Shown here in pieces: positions 30,842 through 40,855 of a stretch of 64,000 nucleotides of DNA. The position numbers were made by a program, and so were the translations under genes. The stretch comes from Spirulina sp. Lineage in GTDB: Bacteria > Cyanobacteriota > Cyanobacteriia > Phormidesmidales > Phormidesmidaceae. How positions within the stretch are numbered: position 1 is the stretch's first letter; each line of letters starts with the position of its first letter. The stretch lies in contig JBIPSI010000002.1 of assembly GCA_044070495.1 (NCBI GenBank), positions 192,001 through 256,000 on the forward strand, in the 5' to 3' direction. The notes beneath the pieces are model-generated. The model did no database searches. It saw only the letters and a program-made list of their open reading frames with translations, and was not told the origin of the DNA.

Positions 30842-32368
30842 CTAGCCCTGGTGGGTCGGCAGATGCACCAGGAATGTGGTGCCCCGATCAACGTGGCTAT
30901 GGACGACGATGGTACCGCCGCAGAGCATCAGCAACTGCTGCACGATGGACAGCCCCAGTCCGGCTCCTTCGCTGCCGTTGCTGGGGAGGTTGCGCCCCCG
31001 ATAGAAATAGTCGAAGACCTTGGGTAGATCGGTGGCGGCAATGCCGATGCCGGTGTCGCGAATTTCCAGGGCCACTGCGTCCTCGACGGGGCGGGCGGTG
31101 ACCCACACCTCACCACCGCTCTGGGTGTATTTAATGCTGTTGTTCAACAGATGAATCATGATTTGCCGCAGCCAGGCATCGGGGCAGGCCACCTTGGGCA
31201 GATCGTTGGGGATGGTGTAGGCCAGCATCACCCCCTTTTCCTCGGCCAGGGGCTGGTAGGTACTCACCACCGGGGGGACGGTTTCATCCAGGTAAACCGG
31301 AACGAGCTGGGTTTGGCTGGCGCTGGTCTCAATTTGCAGCAGGTTCAAAACACCGCTGATTAGCGCACTCTGGCGATCACACTCGTGGCTGATCATCTCC
31401 ATGTAACGCTGCCGCTGGGGGGATTTCAGGTGGGGAGAATCGAGCAGGGTAAGGGCGGTTTTGATGGTGGTTAGGGGCGTGCGCAGCTCTTGGCCCACGG
31501 TGTTGAGGAACTCGTCCTTCAGCCTGAGGGTATCGATCAGCACCTCGTTTTGGGAAGACAGGGTAGACATATCGAGGGCCTGCTGTCGGTAGGTAACCAT
31601 GGCCTGGCGCAGGTGCTCTTGCCAGCGCAATTGCCACAGCAGCCACCGATCCACCATGATTAAAACGTCCGGGTTGGATGGATTTACGGGCGGGCAGTAT
31701 CGTTCCCAGTGGCGCACCAAATCCACCAGAATGGGATGGGTTGTGCCCTGGGCACAGTACTCTACCACAGGGCGCAGGAGATCCTGCATCCCCACGACCA
31801 AACCCGGTTGAATGGAGGCGCAAACGGAGAGGTAGACCGACCGTTGGGCGGCGGCAGAGTCGCTAGCCAACACCTGGGGATGAAGTTCGACCCGGTGGAC
31901 CAGGTCGCCCTCCACCTCTGGGTCTGGATCGTCCTCTAGGGCCACCGTGGAGAGGCGCTGGAGGCGATGGGCCACCAGCAGAGTGGCAAAGGTGTCGGCC
32001 TGTACCAGCACAAAATAGTCTCCCCGCCACTGTTGGTTGTCGGGCAAGGGCAATTGCACTTCTGGGGTGCTCACTTCTGGCGGCAGACTCTCTGGGGGCA
32101 GATTCTCCGGCAGCGGTCGTACAAACTGAAAAATATGGTGATTTTGATCCAGGGTTTGGCCATAACGCCGAATGTCCTCCTGCCAGGCGGCCCCGGTGGG
32201 CAGCTTAACAAATAGGTTTGCCTGCACCTGGTAGGTTTCCAAAAACTCGGCTAGGGAACGCAGGAGGGTTTTCAAACCCTTGGCTTTGATCTGGATACAA
32301 TCTGGCGTGGCGGCACTGCTTTGCAGTAGGTGTTGCAGAGAGGCCGAAGAGGAAGAGAGAGGCTGCAT
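30842..32368 (-). CDS. Soluble histidine-kinase-like protein with DICT-like sensory region; H-box His replaced by Gln
   Basis: GQELRTPL, HLLNNSIKY, DTGIGI and GAGLGL. Confidence 0.85.
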   Translation of the reverse strand: MQPLSSSSASLQHLLQSSAATPDCIQIKAKGLKTLLRSLAEFLETYQVQANLFVKLPTGAAWQEDIRRYGQTLDQNHHIFQFVRPLPENLPPESLPPEVSTPEVQLPLPDNQQWRGDYFVLVQADTFATLLVAHRLQRLSTVALEDDPDPEVEGDLVHRVELHPQVLASDSAAAQRSVYLSVCASIQPGLVVGMQDLLRPVVEYCAQGTTHPILVDLVRHWERYCPPVNPSNPDVLIMVDRWLLWQLRWQEHLRQAMVTYRQQALDMSTLSSQNEVLIDTLRLKDEFLNTVGQELRTPLTTIKTALTLLDSPHLKSPQRQRYMEMISHECDRQSALISGVLNLLQIETSASQTQLVPVYLDETVPPVVSTYQPLAEEKGVMLAYTIPNDLPKVACPDAWLRQIMIHLLNNSIKYTQSGGEVWVTARPVEDAVALEIRDTGIGIAATDLPKVFDYFYRGRNLPSNGSEGAGLGLSIVQQLLMLCGGTIVVHSHVDRGTTFLVHLPTHQG

Positions 32369-32563
32369 GGTGCTCCAAACAATCGGGGGCGACGATTGCG
32401 CTGGCCAACGCCAACTAAGGGGGAATACCTACCAGGGTAGGCTACTTACCCACGATAGAACCCTAGGATCAGCCTTGTATTCACAAATAGTCATGGAGTG
32501 AGGTAGCCTGAGGCCTCGGCTAGACGGCAATTTCATACCAGCCATTGATCCTTTTTCACCAAA

Positions 32564-34069
32564 CTATTGATACTTCTCGAGGAGAAACTTACGAGCCTGC
32601 TCCCGATCATCAAAGTGGATCTTTTCGGTGCCGAGAATTTGATAGTCTTCGTGGCCCTTCCCCGCAATGAGAATGCCGTCCCCCGGTTGGGCCATCTGAA
32701 TCGCAGTTTGAATAGCCTGGGCGCGATCAGCAATCACCGACTCTGGCCCCAGTTCCGCCGGAATACCTGCCACTACATCCTGCAAAATCTGCTGGGGATC
32801 TTCGGTACGGGGGTTGTCGGAGGTGACTACGACCACGTCCGCCAGGTCGTAGGCAATCCGGCCCATTTGGGGACGCTTGGTGCGATCTCGGTCGCCACCG
32901 CAGCCAAAGACGCAGATCAGCCGACCGGGCACAAAGGGCCGCGCTGCCAAGAGGGAATTCTTCAGACTATCCGGCGTGTGAGCGTAGTCTACAATCACGC
33001 TGATGGGTTGATCGGGGGTAATCTTCACCTGCTCCATCCGCCCCGGTACGCCGCCAAAGCTGGGCAGCACCGCCGCAATGGCATCTAGAGGAACCCCCAA
33101 ATGCAGCGCGGCACCCACGGAGGCCAGCAGGTTTTCTAGGTTAAACTGCCCCACCAGCGGCGAACTAAAGGGCACCGTTCCCGCCGGAGTTTTGAGGGTG
33201 CCCGTCACGCCGTTGGCTTGATAGGTCAGATCCCCGGTGTACAAATCCGCATCGGGGTTCTGGGTGCTGTAGGTCCACACGCGGTCGGCGGAAAGCTGGG
33301 CCACCAACCGTTCCCCGTAGGGGGTGTCGGCATTCACAATCGCCCGTCCGGTCAGGTAGTTTTCGCCAAACAGCAGCGCTTTGGCATTGAAATAGTCCTC
33401 CATATCCCGGTGGTAATCGAGGTGGTCTTGGGTGAGGTTGGTGAACACCGCCACCTCGAAGGGGCAGCCCCACACCCGCTTCTGGGCTAGGGCATGGGAA
33501 CTCACCTCCAGCACCGCATAGCAACATCCGGCATCCCGCGCCGCCGCCAAATCCGCCTGAAGCTCCACCGCAAAGGGGGTGGTGTATAGGGCCGTTTGCT
33601 GATGACCGGGCCAACGGCTGTAGAGCGTCCCTAGCAGTGCCGTGGGCTGTTCCGCTGCCTTCAGAAGATGTTCGATTAAATGGGTCGTCGTGGTTTTGCC
33701 GTTGGTGCCCGTTACGCCAATCAGCCCCATCTGCCGAGCGGGTTGGCCATAGAATTCCCCTGCTACCGCCGCACAGGCCAGGGCCATATCCGTCATCGGG
33801 ACTACGCAGGCGTCCCCTTCAGCGGGCCGATTCTGCAACGCCTGGGCCGACACTAACGCCGCCACCGCTCCCGCTTGTAGGGCGCTGGGCCAAAATTCGC
33901 CGCCATCCACCCGCGTTCCGGGCATGCCAATGAAGACCTCTCCGGGCTGGCAGGCGTGGGAATTGGTGCAAAGCCCCTTCACCTCGCGGTCGCCTTGATC
34001 GACGGATAGCTCGAATCCCGGTGCGATCAAGCCTGCGGGCAAGGTTTCAAGCAGTTGGCGCAGCTTCAT
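32564..34069 (-). CDS. murE: UDP-MurNAc-L-Ala-D-Glu:meso-DAP ligase
   Basis: GVTGTNGKTTT, EVSSH, NLTQDHLDYH, DYAHTPD, DNPR and GKGHE. Confidence 0.96.
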   Translation of the reverse strand: MKLRQLLETLPAGLIAPGFELSVDQGDREVKGLCTNSHACQPGEVFIGMPGTRVDGGEFWPSALQAGAVAALVSAQALQNRPAEGDACVVPMTDMALACAAVAGEFYGQPARQMGLIGVTGTNGKTTTTHLIEHLLKAAEQPTALLGTLYSRWPGHQQTALYTTPFAVELQADLAAARDAGCCYAVLEVSSHALAQKRVWGCPFEVAVFTNLTQDHLDYHRDMEDYFNAKALLFGENYLTGRAIVNADTPYGERLVAQLSADRVWTYSTQNPDADLYTGDLTYQANGVTGTLKTPAGTVPFSSPLVGQFNLENLLASVGAALHLGVPLDAIAAVLPSFGGVPGRMEQVKITPDQPISVIVDYAHTPDSLKNSLLAARPFVPGRLICVFGCGGDRDRTKRPQMGRIAYDLADVVVVTSDNPRTEDPQQILQDVVAGIPAELGPESVIADRAQAIQTAIQMAQPGDGILIAGKGHEDYQILGTEKIHFDDREQARKFLLEKYQ

Positions 34070-34100
34070 GTCAGCAAGTCCTCACATCACGGAAGATGAC

Positions 34101-34388
34101 CTATTCTGCCTTACCCTGGCCCAAATAAGTCTGTATCAATTGCTCCACCTTGGCCTGGGGTGCCCTAGGCGACAGGCGCGGCAGGGGAATTTCCGTCCCG
34201 CCCTCCTGCACCTGACACAGGACAGGAATTTCGTACTGATAGCGCTGAAACCAGTCCTCGCGGGTGGTGATGTCTCGCACCTCTAGCTCAAAGTTGAGGT
34301 GGCGGGCGGCGTCCAACTTTTCCTCTAGCCCCTCACACAAATGACAACCGGGTTTGCTGTACAGCACAAATTTCATGGCCATTGTCAT
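34101..34388 (-). CDS. Glutaredoxin-like protein (DUF836)
   Basis: YSKPGCHLC and YQYEIPVL. Confidence 0.88.
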   Translation of the reverse strand: MTMAMKFVLYSKPGCHLCEGLEEKLDAARHLNFELEVRDITTREDWFQRYQYEIPVLCQVQEGGTEIPLPRLSPRAPQAKVEQLIQTYLGQGKAE

Positions 34389-34433
34389 CCCAACACCATC
34401 GGTTTTGCATCCTAGCTTGAATTGAGACGGTTC

Positions 34434-34829
34434 CTAAACCTCGGTGGTGCCGTAGAGTTCGGGCAGTTCGCGGGCGGGGGGAAGAGACTTGGCATCGCGG
34501 GTTTCGATGTAGCCCGTATAGTAGGCTCCGGGTTCAATTTCCAGGGCACCAGCGACGACATCACCCTCCAGGCGGGCGGTGCGGCTGAGGGTGAGCTTGC
34601 CTTCCGCCCACACCTTGGCCTTGAGAACACCCTGCACCACAATATTTTTCGCCCTCACCTCTGGCCCCTCCACAAGCCCAGAGGCGGAGATTTCCAGATC
34701 GCCATTCACATCTACGGTGCCATGGATGATGCCATCTACCCGCAGCATCCCCTCGGCGTGGAGCACCCCTTCAAACTCGGTCTTTTGACTGAGATAGGTC
34801 AACAGCGGCGTCGGTTTACGTCTCAACAT
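34434..34829 (-). CDS. Bactofilin (polymer-forming cytoskeletal protein)
   Basis: FEGVL...LRVDG...G.VEG...LEIEPGAYYTG beta-helix pattern; start taken at MLRRKP. Confidence 0.88.
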   Translation of the reverse strand: MLRRKPTPLLTYLSQKTEFEGVLHAEGMLRVDGIIHGTVDVNGDLEISASGLVEGPEVRAKNIVVQGVLKAKVWAEGKLTLSRTARLEGDVVAGALEIEPGAYYTGYIETRDAKSLPPARELPELYGTTEV

Positions 34830-35145
34830 CGATAGCCTTCTCCCTGCATGGAACACGATATCAGCGCGATGGAGCGCAATGGCAAAGAACAGATCCTCAG
34901 CAAGACCCACCGCCTCGTCACGGCATCGGGTCAGCACGGTAGGTCAGAGTCAGTCTAGCGTAATCCACAAATCGGAAGAAACTTGGAAGAAATCGCTTGG
35001 ATTGAAAAAATACAGGGATCAATATAAACAGGGAATAAAACAGCCTGTTTTTTATGATTTTAGATTTTTGGGCTCGTAGCTAGTGCCGGGGAGAAAGCAC
35101 CGTTCCAGAGTCCCAGCCCAGCCAGGCCACCCATAACAAATACCG

Positions 35146-35625
35146 ATGAGGAACACAGCCATGACCGTCGCTAATGTTCGTTCCCAAGACCTGCGGGTGT
35201 CCATTGCCGAGGATGCCGTGCGCCTGTTTCGTCAGGCTCCAGCGGATTGCCAGTTGGTTACCCTGTGGCAAGCCTACGAAACCCTGGGCCAAGCCTTTGG
35301 TAGCGTGGCTCCGTTGGCCCTGTTTTCCCAGGCGGTGCAGCAGTTAGTGCAGCAGGTGCAGCAGATGAGCCCAGAGGAGCAGATTCATGTTTGCCGAGAT
35401 ATTTTGGGCCATGCCGATACTCGCTTTGCCCAGGCCTACCAAGGGTTGAACCCCAACATGAAACTTGCTTTTTGGCATCGTCTCTTTAGCCGGGGGCGCA
35501 AACTGCCCTGGGAAACGGTCGTCAGTCGGGCCAACCAGCAGGCAGACACCTACCTTTTGCGGTCACGGTTGGCCACCATGGGCCTCAATGAACGGCTGCA
35601 CTTTTTGCGCCAGGTCGTGGCCTAA
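35146..35625 (+). CDS. Divergent helical carotenoid protein (OCP N-terminal domain family)
   Basis: QLVTLWQAY, ADTRFAQAY, NMKLAFWHRL and LRQVV align with the OCP N-terminal domain. Confidence 0.78.
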   Translation: MRNTAMTVANVRSQDLRVSIAEDAVRLFRQAPADCQLVTLWQAYETLGQAFGSVAPLALFSQAVQQLVQQVQQMSPEEQIHVCRDILGHADTRFAQAYQGLNPNMKLAFWHRLFSRGRKLPWETVVSRANQQADTYLLRSRLATMGLNERLHFLRQVVA

Positions 35626-35634
35626 GGTCGTAGC

Positions 35635-35847
35635 CTAGGCGGGACGCATCATCACTTCCCACAGGGCTGCCGATTCGGATTGGGCTTCGGCTTCGGCCTG
35701 GGCCTGAAGTTGGGTCAGGGAGTAGGGGCGTTGTTCAGGAATCGTGGGCAGATCGGGCTTCGATCCTCTGCGTCGCTGGGGTTGAGATGTCCAGGCACAG
35801 GAACAGAGGGGCCAAGACAACGCAGGAGTGACAGTCAGGGAGGTCAT
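35635..35847 (-). CDS. Small hypothetical protein
   Basis: 70-aa ATG ORF convergent with the HCP gene; no motif recognised. Confidence 0.35.
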   Translation of the reverse strand: MTSLTVTPALSWPLCSCAWTSQPQRRRGSKPDLPTIPEQRPYSLTQLQAQAEAEAQSESAALWEVMMRPA

Positions 35848-36066
35848 GGAAGCGCCTAAATCAGGATGCTTCTAGCCTACCCAAGGCCATGGTCTGTGGC
35901 GGTGATAGGGCGTTGGGTCAAGCGTGATTCTAGGGGATTGGTTGTCGTGATCCCTACCGAGTTCCCTCTGTGAGGTAGATCCCCACGCGGGCTGATCTCG
36001 GTAGGGAAGCGAACAGTCTGTGATACCCTATCCGCTAATTGGCAATTGGCGTGGGGAGGGCAAAGC

Positions 36067-37143
36067 ATGACCGCAATTACCGTAGGGCTTGTGTTTGGCG
36101 GTTGTTCTGGGGAACACGATGTTTCGATCCGGTCAGCCCAGGCCATTGCGCGGGGGCTAAGCAGCGGCGACAATGCCGAGAAATATCGCCTGCTGCCCGT
36201 CTACATTCGTAAGGATGGGGTGTGGCTGTCCGGTGCCGAGGCGGCGGATGTCCTAGCGGCGGGGGTTCCCCTCACCGATTTACCAGAGGCCGAGACGATT
36301 ACCCCCCTGCAACGGTTGCCCCAGTTCAGCCAGGTGAACGAGGTGGATGTGTGGTTCCCGGTGCTCCATGGCCCCAACGGCGAAGACGGCACTGTGCAGG
36401 GAGTTTTCACCCTGATGCAGCGGCCCTGGGTGGGGTCTGGGGTGCTGGGTTCGGCGGTGGGGATGGACAAAATTGCCATGAAAAATGCCTTTGCCCAGGC
36501 GGGTCTGCCCCAGGTCAAGTATCTGGCGGTGAACCGCAGCGAAGTGTGGTCAAACCCCTGTGTCTTTCCCAAACTGTGTGATCGCATTGAGGCGGAATTG
36601 GGCTATCCCTGCTTTGTCAAACCCGCCAACCTGGGGTCTTCGGTAGGCATTGCCAAGGCCACCAACCGCCGCGAACTAGAGGCCGCCCTCGACAGTGCCG
36701 CCAGCTACGACCGTAGGCTGATCGTGGAGGCTGGCGTCGTTGCCCGCGAAGTGGAATGTGCCGTGCTGGGCAACGACACCCCACGGGCCTCAGTGCTAGG
36801 GGAAATCACCTTCCAGAGCGACTTCTACGACTACGAAACCAAATACACCAGCGGCCAAGCCGACCTCACCATTCCCTCCCCCCTGCCCGCAGCCACCAGT
36901 CGCCACATTCAAGAGATGGCGGTGACCGCCTTCCAGTCCGTCGATGCAGCCGGGCTGTCGCGGGTGGACTTCTTCTACGTGGAGACCACCGGGGAGATTT
37001 TGATTAACGAAATAAACACCCTCCCCGGCTTCACTGCCACCAGCATGTACCCCATGCTTTGGGAAGCTAGCGGCGTTCCCTTCCCCGAACTAGTGGATAC
37101 CCTGGTGCAACTGGCCCTAGAACGCCATACCGCCAAGCCCTAG
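36067..37143 (+). CDS. ddl: D-alanine--D-alanine ligase
   Basis: [38 protein letters not shown] and NEINTLPG. Confidence 0.96.
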   Translation: MTAITVGLVFGGCSGEHDVSIRSAQAIARGLSSGDNAEKYRLLPVYIRKDGVWLSGAEAADVLAAGVPLTDLPEAETITPLQRLPQFSQVNEVDVWFPVLHGPNGEDGTVQGVFTLMQRPWVGSGVLGSAVGMDKIAMKNAFAQAGLPQVKYLAVNRSEVWSNPCVFPKLCDRIEAELGYPCFVKPANLGSSVGIAKATNRRELEAALDSAASYDRRLIVEAGVVAREVECAVLGNDTPRASVLGEITFQSDFYDYETKYTSGQADLTIPSPLPAATSRHIQEMAVTAFQSVDAAGLSRVDFFYVETTGEILINEINTLPGFTATSMYPMLWEASGVPFPELVDTLVQLALERHTAKP

Positions 37144-37155
37144 GGGCAACTTCTC

Positions 37156-37995
37156 TCAATTTGGGGCATACTTTTGCCAAATGTCACCATAGACGATGGC
37201 GGGGTTTTTCCAGGGTTTGTGATGGCCGCCACTCCAGTGGATGACGTTAATTTGATCGAGGGGTTTTTTCAACGCCTTAGCAACAACCTGCATGTTGCCG
37301 TAGCCGCAGCGATTCCAGCTTCGGTCAAGCTGAAGGTAGTCTTTAAACATCACATTCAGCAGGGTTTCATCCCCTCGGTTTAGCATTCCATACTTGCAGG
37401 AGGCATCCCAGTCTAGATAGTAGTGAAAGATGCGGTCTGTCTCTTCATTCCAGTAGGTATAATCGGTGAACAAAACACCGCTATTGAAGGATGTCTTAAA
37501 GGCCAGCATTTCCTTAATGGCTTTGAAAGGATTGCCAAACTGGAAAATGGCTGGATAGAAATGGGGCACCGCCGCAAAGTACTGTTCGGGGCTAAACTGC
37601 ACCGTTTCAAACAGGGTAGCCACATCGCCAATGACCACGACATCGGCGTCTAAATACAGTACCTTGCTCACGTCAGGAAAGATATCCTTCAAGAACATCC
37701 GAGCATACTGCATATAGCGCGATACCCGCCGAGTGGGCGTCATCGGCTCATACTTAGCATGGATGTAGTTGGCCATAAACTGAGGCGGAGTGAAGGGATA
37801 AACGCGCCAGGTAAATTTTGGTTCTGGGAAAACGGCGGTGATCTTTTCCTCAAAAAAAGCCACTTCGTCGGGAGGAACGGTGATGTTAAACCGCAGCTTT
37901 TCCGGTGATGCCGTATTGCTTGCCACGGAGTTCATCGCCGTGAGCAGAGCCACCACAATCCCTTTATTGAGGGCAAAGGCAATATCGTAGATCAT
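37156..37995 (-). CDS. Glycosyltransferase family 8
   Basis: KVLYLDADVVV, FNSGV, GDETLLN and IHWSGGHHKPW; visibly lower GC than its neighbours. Confidence 0.88.
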   Translation of the reverse strand: MIYDIAFALNKGIVVALLTAMNSVASNTASPEKLRFNITVPPDEVAFFEEKITAVFPEPKFTWRVYPFTPPQFMANYIHAKYEPMTPTRRVSRYMQYARMFLKDIFPDVSKVLYLDADVVVIGDVATLFETVQFSPEQYFAAVPHFYPAIFQFGNPFKAIKEMLAFKTSFNSGVLFTDYTYWNEETDRIFHYYLDWDASCKYGMLNRGDETLLNVMFKDYLQLDRSWNRCGYGNMQVVAKALKKPLDQINVIHWSGGHHKPWKNPAIVYGDIWQKYAPN

Positions 37996-38192
37996 GAACT
38001 ATCCTGGCCGTCTGAATGATCTCCTCGTCTAGGTCAACCTCAGCACCCTACAAGGAGACGCCGTGTTGAGGATCCCCCCCCGACACAGCACCCAGCGATA
38101 ATAGCAGGTTGATGATTCCGTTAACCGCGAAATCTAGCCAGAACCTAGGGGCAGTCCCTAGATTCTGATCGACTGATACAAGATCCTGCCCT

Positions 38193-38251
38193 GGGCGCGG
38201 CAACTGCGCCCCTACGCCTTCGGGTAAGGTAGGGGCCAGGTCTCCTGCCCC
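38193..38251. repeat. Back-to-back pair of GTAG REP-like palindromes
   Basis: GGGCGCGGCAACTGCGCCCCTAC (38193-38215) and GTAGGGGCCAGGTCTCCTGCCCC (38229-38251). Confidence 0.6.
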
Positions 38252-38308
38252 TTTGACGGATTCGGGTTCTGGCAAGTTCTGTCAGGCAATCAGCCCTAGA
38301 TCTCGCGC

Positions 38309-39091
38309 CTAGAGATCATCAGGATCAACCCCCAATTGCCGCAGGCGTTCGGCTAGGCGTTCGGCGCGTTCTCGCTCTTGCTCAGCCCGTTCCCGTTCAA
38401 AATTGGCCCTTTGTTGTTCTAGGGTGGCCCGTTCGTCGCCGCACAGCAGCAGTTGTCCGTCTGCATCCCACCAGCGCAGCCAGGGCAGGGTTTGGTTGAG
38501 GTAGTGCCCCTGCCAAATGCCCAGTTCTACACCCATGGGGGGAATGGGGTAGTGGCCGCGCTCATTGGGGGTGCAGCGCTGATAGTGGTTGCCGACGAGT
38601 TCGTAAACCTCAACGGCGGATTTTTCCACCTCGTAGATGGCGTAGAAGGGCACCCGAATCGCCTGTTCGTAGACCCAGAATTTTCCCGCCTTAGCCGCAG
38701 GATCCCCCAGGGGCGAGGTAGCATCCCGTTCCTCGGAGCCATCGCCAGAAACAAACTCAATCACAATCAGCGGCGCAACGATTTCCTTCCACAGCACGTA
38801 GGAGCGGCGCATTTTGCCCTCCAACTGGGGCGGCACGTGGGGCACGTAGAACCAGTCGGGCGCTTCGGCCCCCCGCTCTGGGGGATCGGTGAGCCGCCAG
38901 TAGATGCCGCTATCTTGGCCAATGGCGTACCGACCATCGGGGTGCAGCGCGTCCAGCACCGGGAGAATGGAGTCGGTCAGCAGCAGGCTTTGGGGGTGCT
39001 CCTGAAAATTTTTCACAAACGTACCATCGGTCTCTGGCAGTTGGGTGTGATCGGGCAGAGATAGGGCTGGCTGGGATGGGGCAACGGCCAT
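38309..39091 (-). CDS. Uma2/DUF820 family putative endonuclease
   Basis: LPDHTQLP, APDWFYV, IVIEFVS, WLRWWD and a C-terminal heptad tail; CAGGAG SD. Confidence 0.9.
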   Translation of the reverse strand: MAVAPSQPALSLPDHTQLPETDGTFVKNFQEHPQSLLLTDSILPVLDALHPDGRYAIGQDSGIYWRLTDPPERGAEAPDWFYVPHVPPQLEGKMRRSYVLWKEIVAPLIVIEFVSGDGSEERDATSPLGDPAAKAGKFWVYEQAIRVPFYAIYEVEKSAVEVYELVGNHYQRCTPNERGHYPIPPMGVELGIWQGHYLNQTLPWLRWWDADGQLLLCGDERATLEQQRANFERERAEQERERAERLAERLRQLGVDPDDL

Positions 39092-39134
39092 AGACATCTC
39101 CTGCAGGCGAGTTGTTTTTATTGTAATCGGACGC

Positions 39135-39181
39135 AAAAAACACACCCCCGACCCTAGGAATTTTCCTGGAATCGGGGGTGT
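39135..39181 (-). terminator. Rho-independent terminator after the RNA helicase gene
   Basis: ACACCCCCGA/TCGGGGGTGT stem next to an A6 tract. Confidence 0.75.
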
Positions 39182-39205
39182 TGGTTATTGGTTATTGGTT
39201 GTTGG
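39181..39205. repeat. Short STRR-type heptamer run (TTGGTTA/TTGGTTG)
   Basis: ttggttattggttattggttgttgg. Confidence 0.7.
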
Positions 39206-39255
39206 CGGTAACGTGCATTTTCCCGGCTATGGGGTGGGTCAACGACCTGGAAACC

Positions 39256-40557
39256 CTAGGCGCTTTGTACCCGCTTTTTGGGGGCGGCTTGGCGCTGACC
39301 GTGGTTGGCTCCAGCGAAGGCTCCCACTTTGGCCGATCCCCTGGATGAGGCACCGCTGGGGCGACGACCACCAGAACGGCGGCGGGGTTTTTCCACGGGT
39401 TCTACGGGCTTGGCTTTGATATCAAAGGAAGGCTCGTAGCCGGGGACGATGTCGCGGTCAATGGGTTGCTTTAGCATCCGCTCAATTTTGCTGAGCAGGT
39501 GCAGTTCGTCGTCGCTAATCAGCGAAACGGCCCGGCCTTCGTTGCCCGCCCGTCCGGTGCGGCCAATGCGGTGCACGTAGTCTTCCGCCACGTTGGGCAG
39601 TTCAAAGTTCACCACGTAGGGCAGTTGGTCGATGTCGATGCCGCGAGAGGCCACGTCGGTGGCCACCAGCACCCGCACCCGCCCGGTTTTGAAGTCTTGC
39701 AGCGCCTTGGCCCGCGCCGCCTGGGTTTTGTTGCCGTGGATGGCGGCGGTGCGGAGGCCGTCCTTGGCCAGTTGTTCCGCCAAACGGTTGGCCCCGTGCT
39801 TGGTGCGGGTAAAGACGAGCACCTGCTCCCAGTTGTGGAAGCCAATCATGTGGGAGAGCAGTTCCCGCTTGCGGTGACGATCCACAGGGTGCACCACCTG
39901 CTCTACCCGCTCGGCGGTGGTGTTGCGGGGGGCTACTTCAATCTGCACAGGGTCATTCAACAACGTGTTGGCCAGTTGTTGGATAGGCCGGGAGAAGGTG
40001 GCCGAAAACATCAGGGTTTGGCGCGTTTCCGGCAGCAGGCCCATGATTTTGCGGATGTCGTGGATGAAGCCCATATCGAGCATCCGATCACACTCGTCCA
40101 GCACCAGAATTTCCACATGGCTGAGGTCTACCGTGCGCTGGTTAACGTGGTCTAGCAGCCGACCGGGGGTGGCAATCAGAATATCCACACCCTGGCGTAG
40201 TTGCTTGAACTGGGGGCCAATTTTCACGCCGCCGTAGACGATGGCGGTACGCAGGGGCAGGTATTTGCCGTAGGTTTTTACGCTGTCGCCCACCTGGGCC
40301 GCTAGTTCGCGGGTGGGGGTGAGGATAAGGGCGCGGGGGGTGCGACGACCGTTGCCGGGGCTGGTGCTCAGGCGTTGCAGCAGGGGCAGGGTGAAGCTGG
40401 CGGTTTTGCCCGTTCCCGTTTGGGCACTGGCCATCAAATCTTGGCCTTGCAACACGGCGGGGATCGCCTGCTGCTGAATCGGGGTGGGTTCTGTATAGCC
40501 CTGATCCGCGACAGCACGAAGTAGTCCGGTTGAAAGACCGAGTGAGTCAAACGTCAT
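39256..40557 (-). CDS. DEAD-box RNA helicase, RhlE/CrhC-like (DECD variant)
   Basis: Q-motif [26 protein letters not shown] and [10 protein letters not shown]; start taken at MTFDSLG. Confidence 0.93.
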   Translation of the reverse strand: MTFDSLGLSTGLLRAVADQGYTEPTPIQQQAIPAVLQGQDLMASAQTGTGKTASFTLPLLQRLSTSPGNGRRTPRALILTPTRELAAQVGDSVKTYGKYLPLRTAIVYGGVKIGPQFKQLRQGVDILIATPGRLLDHVNQRTVDLSHVEILVLDECDRMLDMGFIHDIRKIMGLLPETRQTLMFSATFSRPIQQLANTLLNDPVQIEVAPRNTTAERVEQVVHPVDRHRKRELLSHMIGFHNWEQVLVFTRTKHGANRLAEQLAKDGLRTAAIHGNKTQAARAKALQDFKTGRVRVLVATDVASRGIDIDQLPYVVNFELPNVAEDYVHRIGRTGRAGNEGRAVSLISDDELHLLSKIERMLKQPIDRDIVPGYEPSFDIKAKPVEPVEKPRRRSGGRRPSGASSRGSAKVGAFAGANHGQRQAAPKKRVQSA

Positions 40558-40855
40558 GAAAAATATGGCTCCGAGTGGTGCCCCTAATCCCAAAGTGATT
40601 CCCTGGGCCCAGCCTAAGAGCAGTGAACAGTGATCAGAAGAATGGCTAAATAACCTTGCGAATCTAGCAAATTCCGTTGGCCAGCACAGACCGGATGAAC
40701 TGGCGAAGCTTTATCCTAACAGAGAATTGCGCCACCCGTGGAAAATGAGGGCGGGAGCAGCCGAGGGATGTGGGCGGTAGGTCGTCCCATAGCAAGGGTT
40801 AACGCCTGCCAGGGATCATGCCAGTTATGCCACGAGGTGGCCCTGGGCGTTGCCC

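Noticed and set aside
13364..40155. Long antisense or alternative-frame ORFs (e.g. 13364-14026, 17104-17781, 32567-33088, 38453-39064, 39499-40155)
   Set aside because: Shadow ORFs opposite well-supported genes in GC-rich DNA, with no recognisable motifs.
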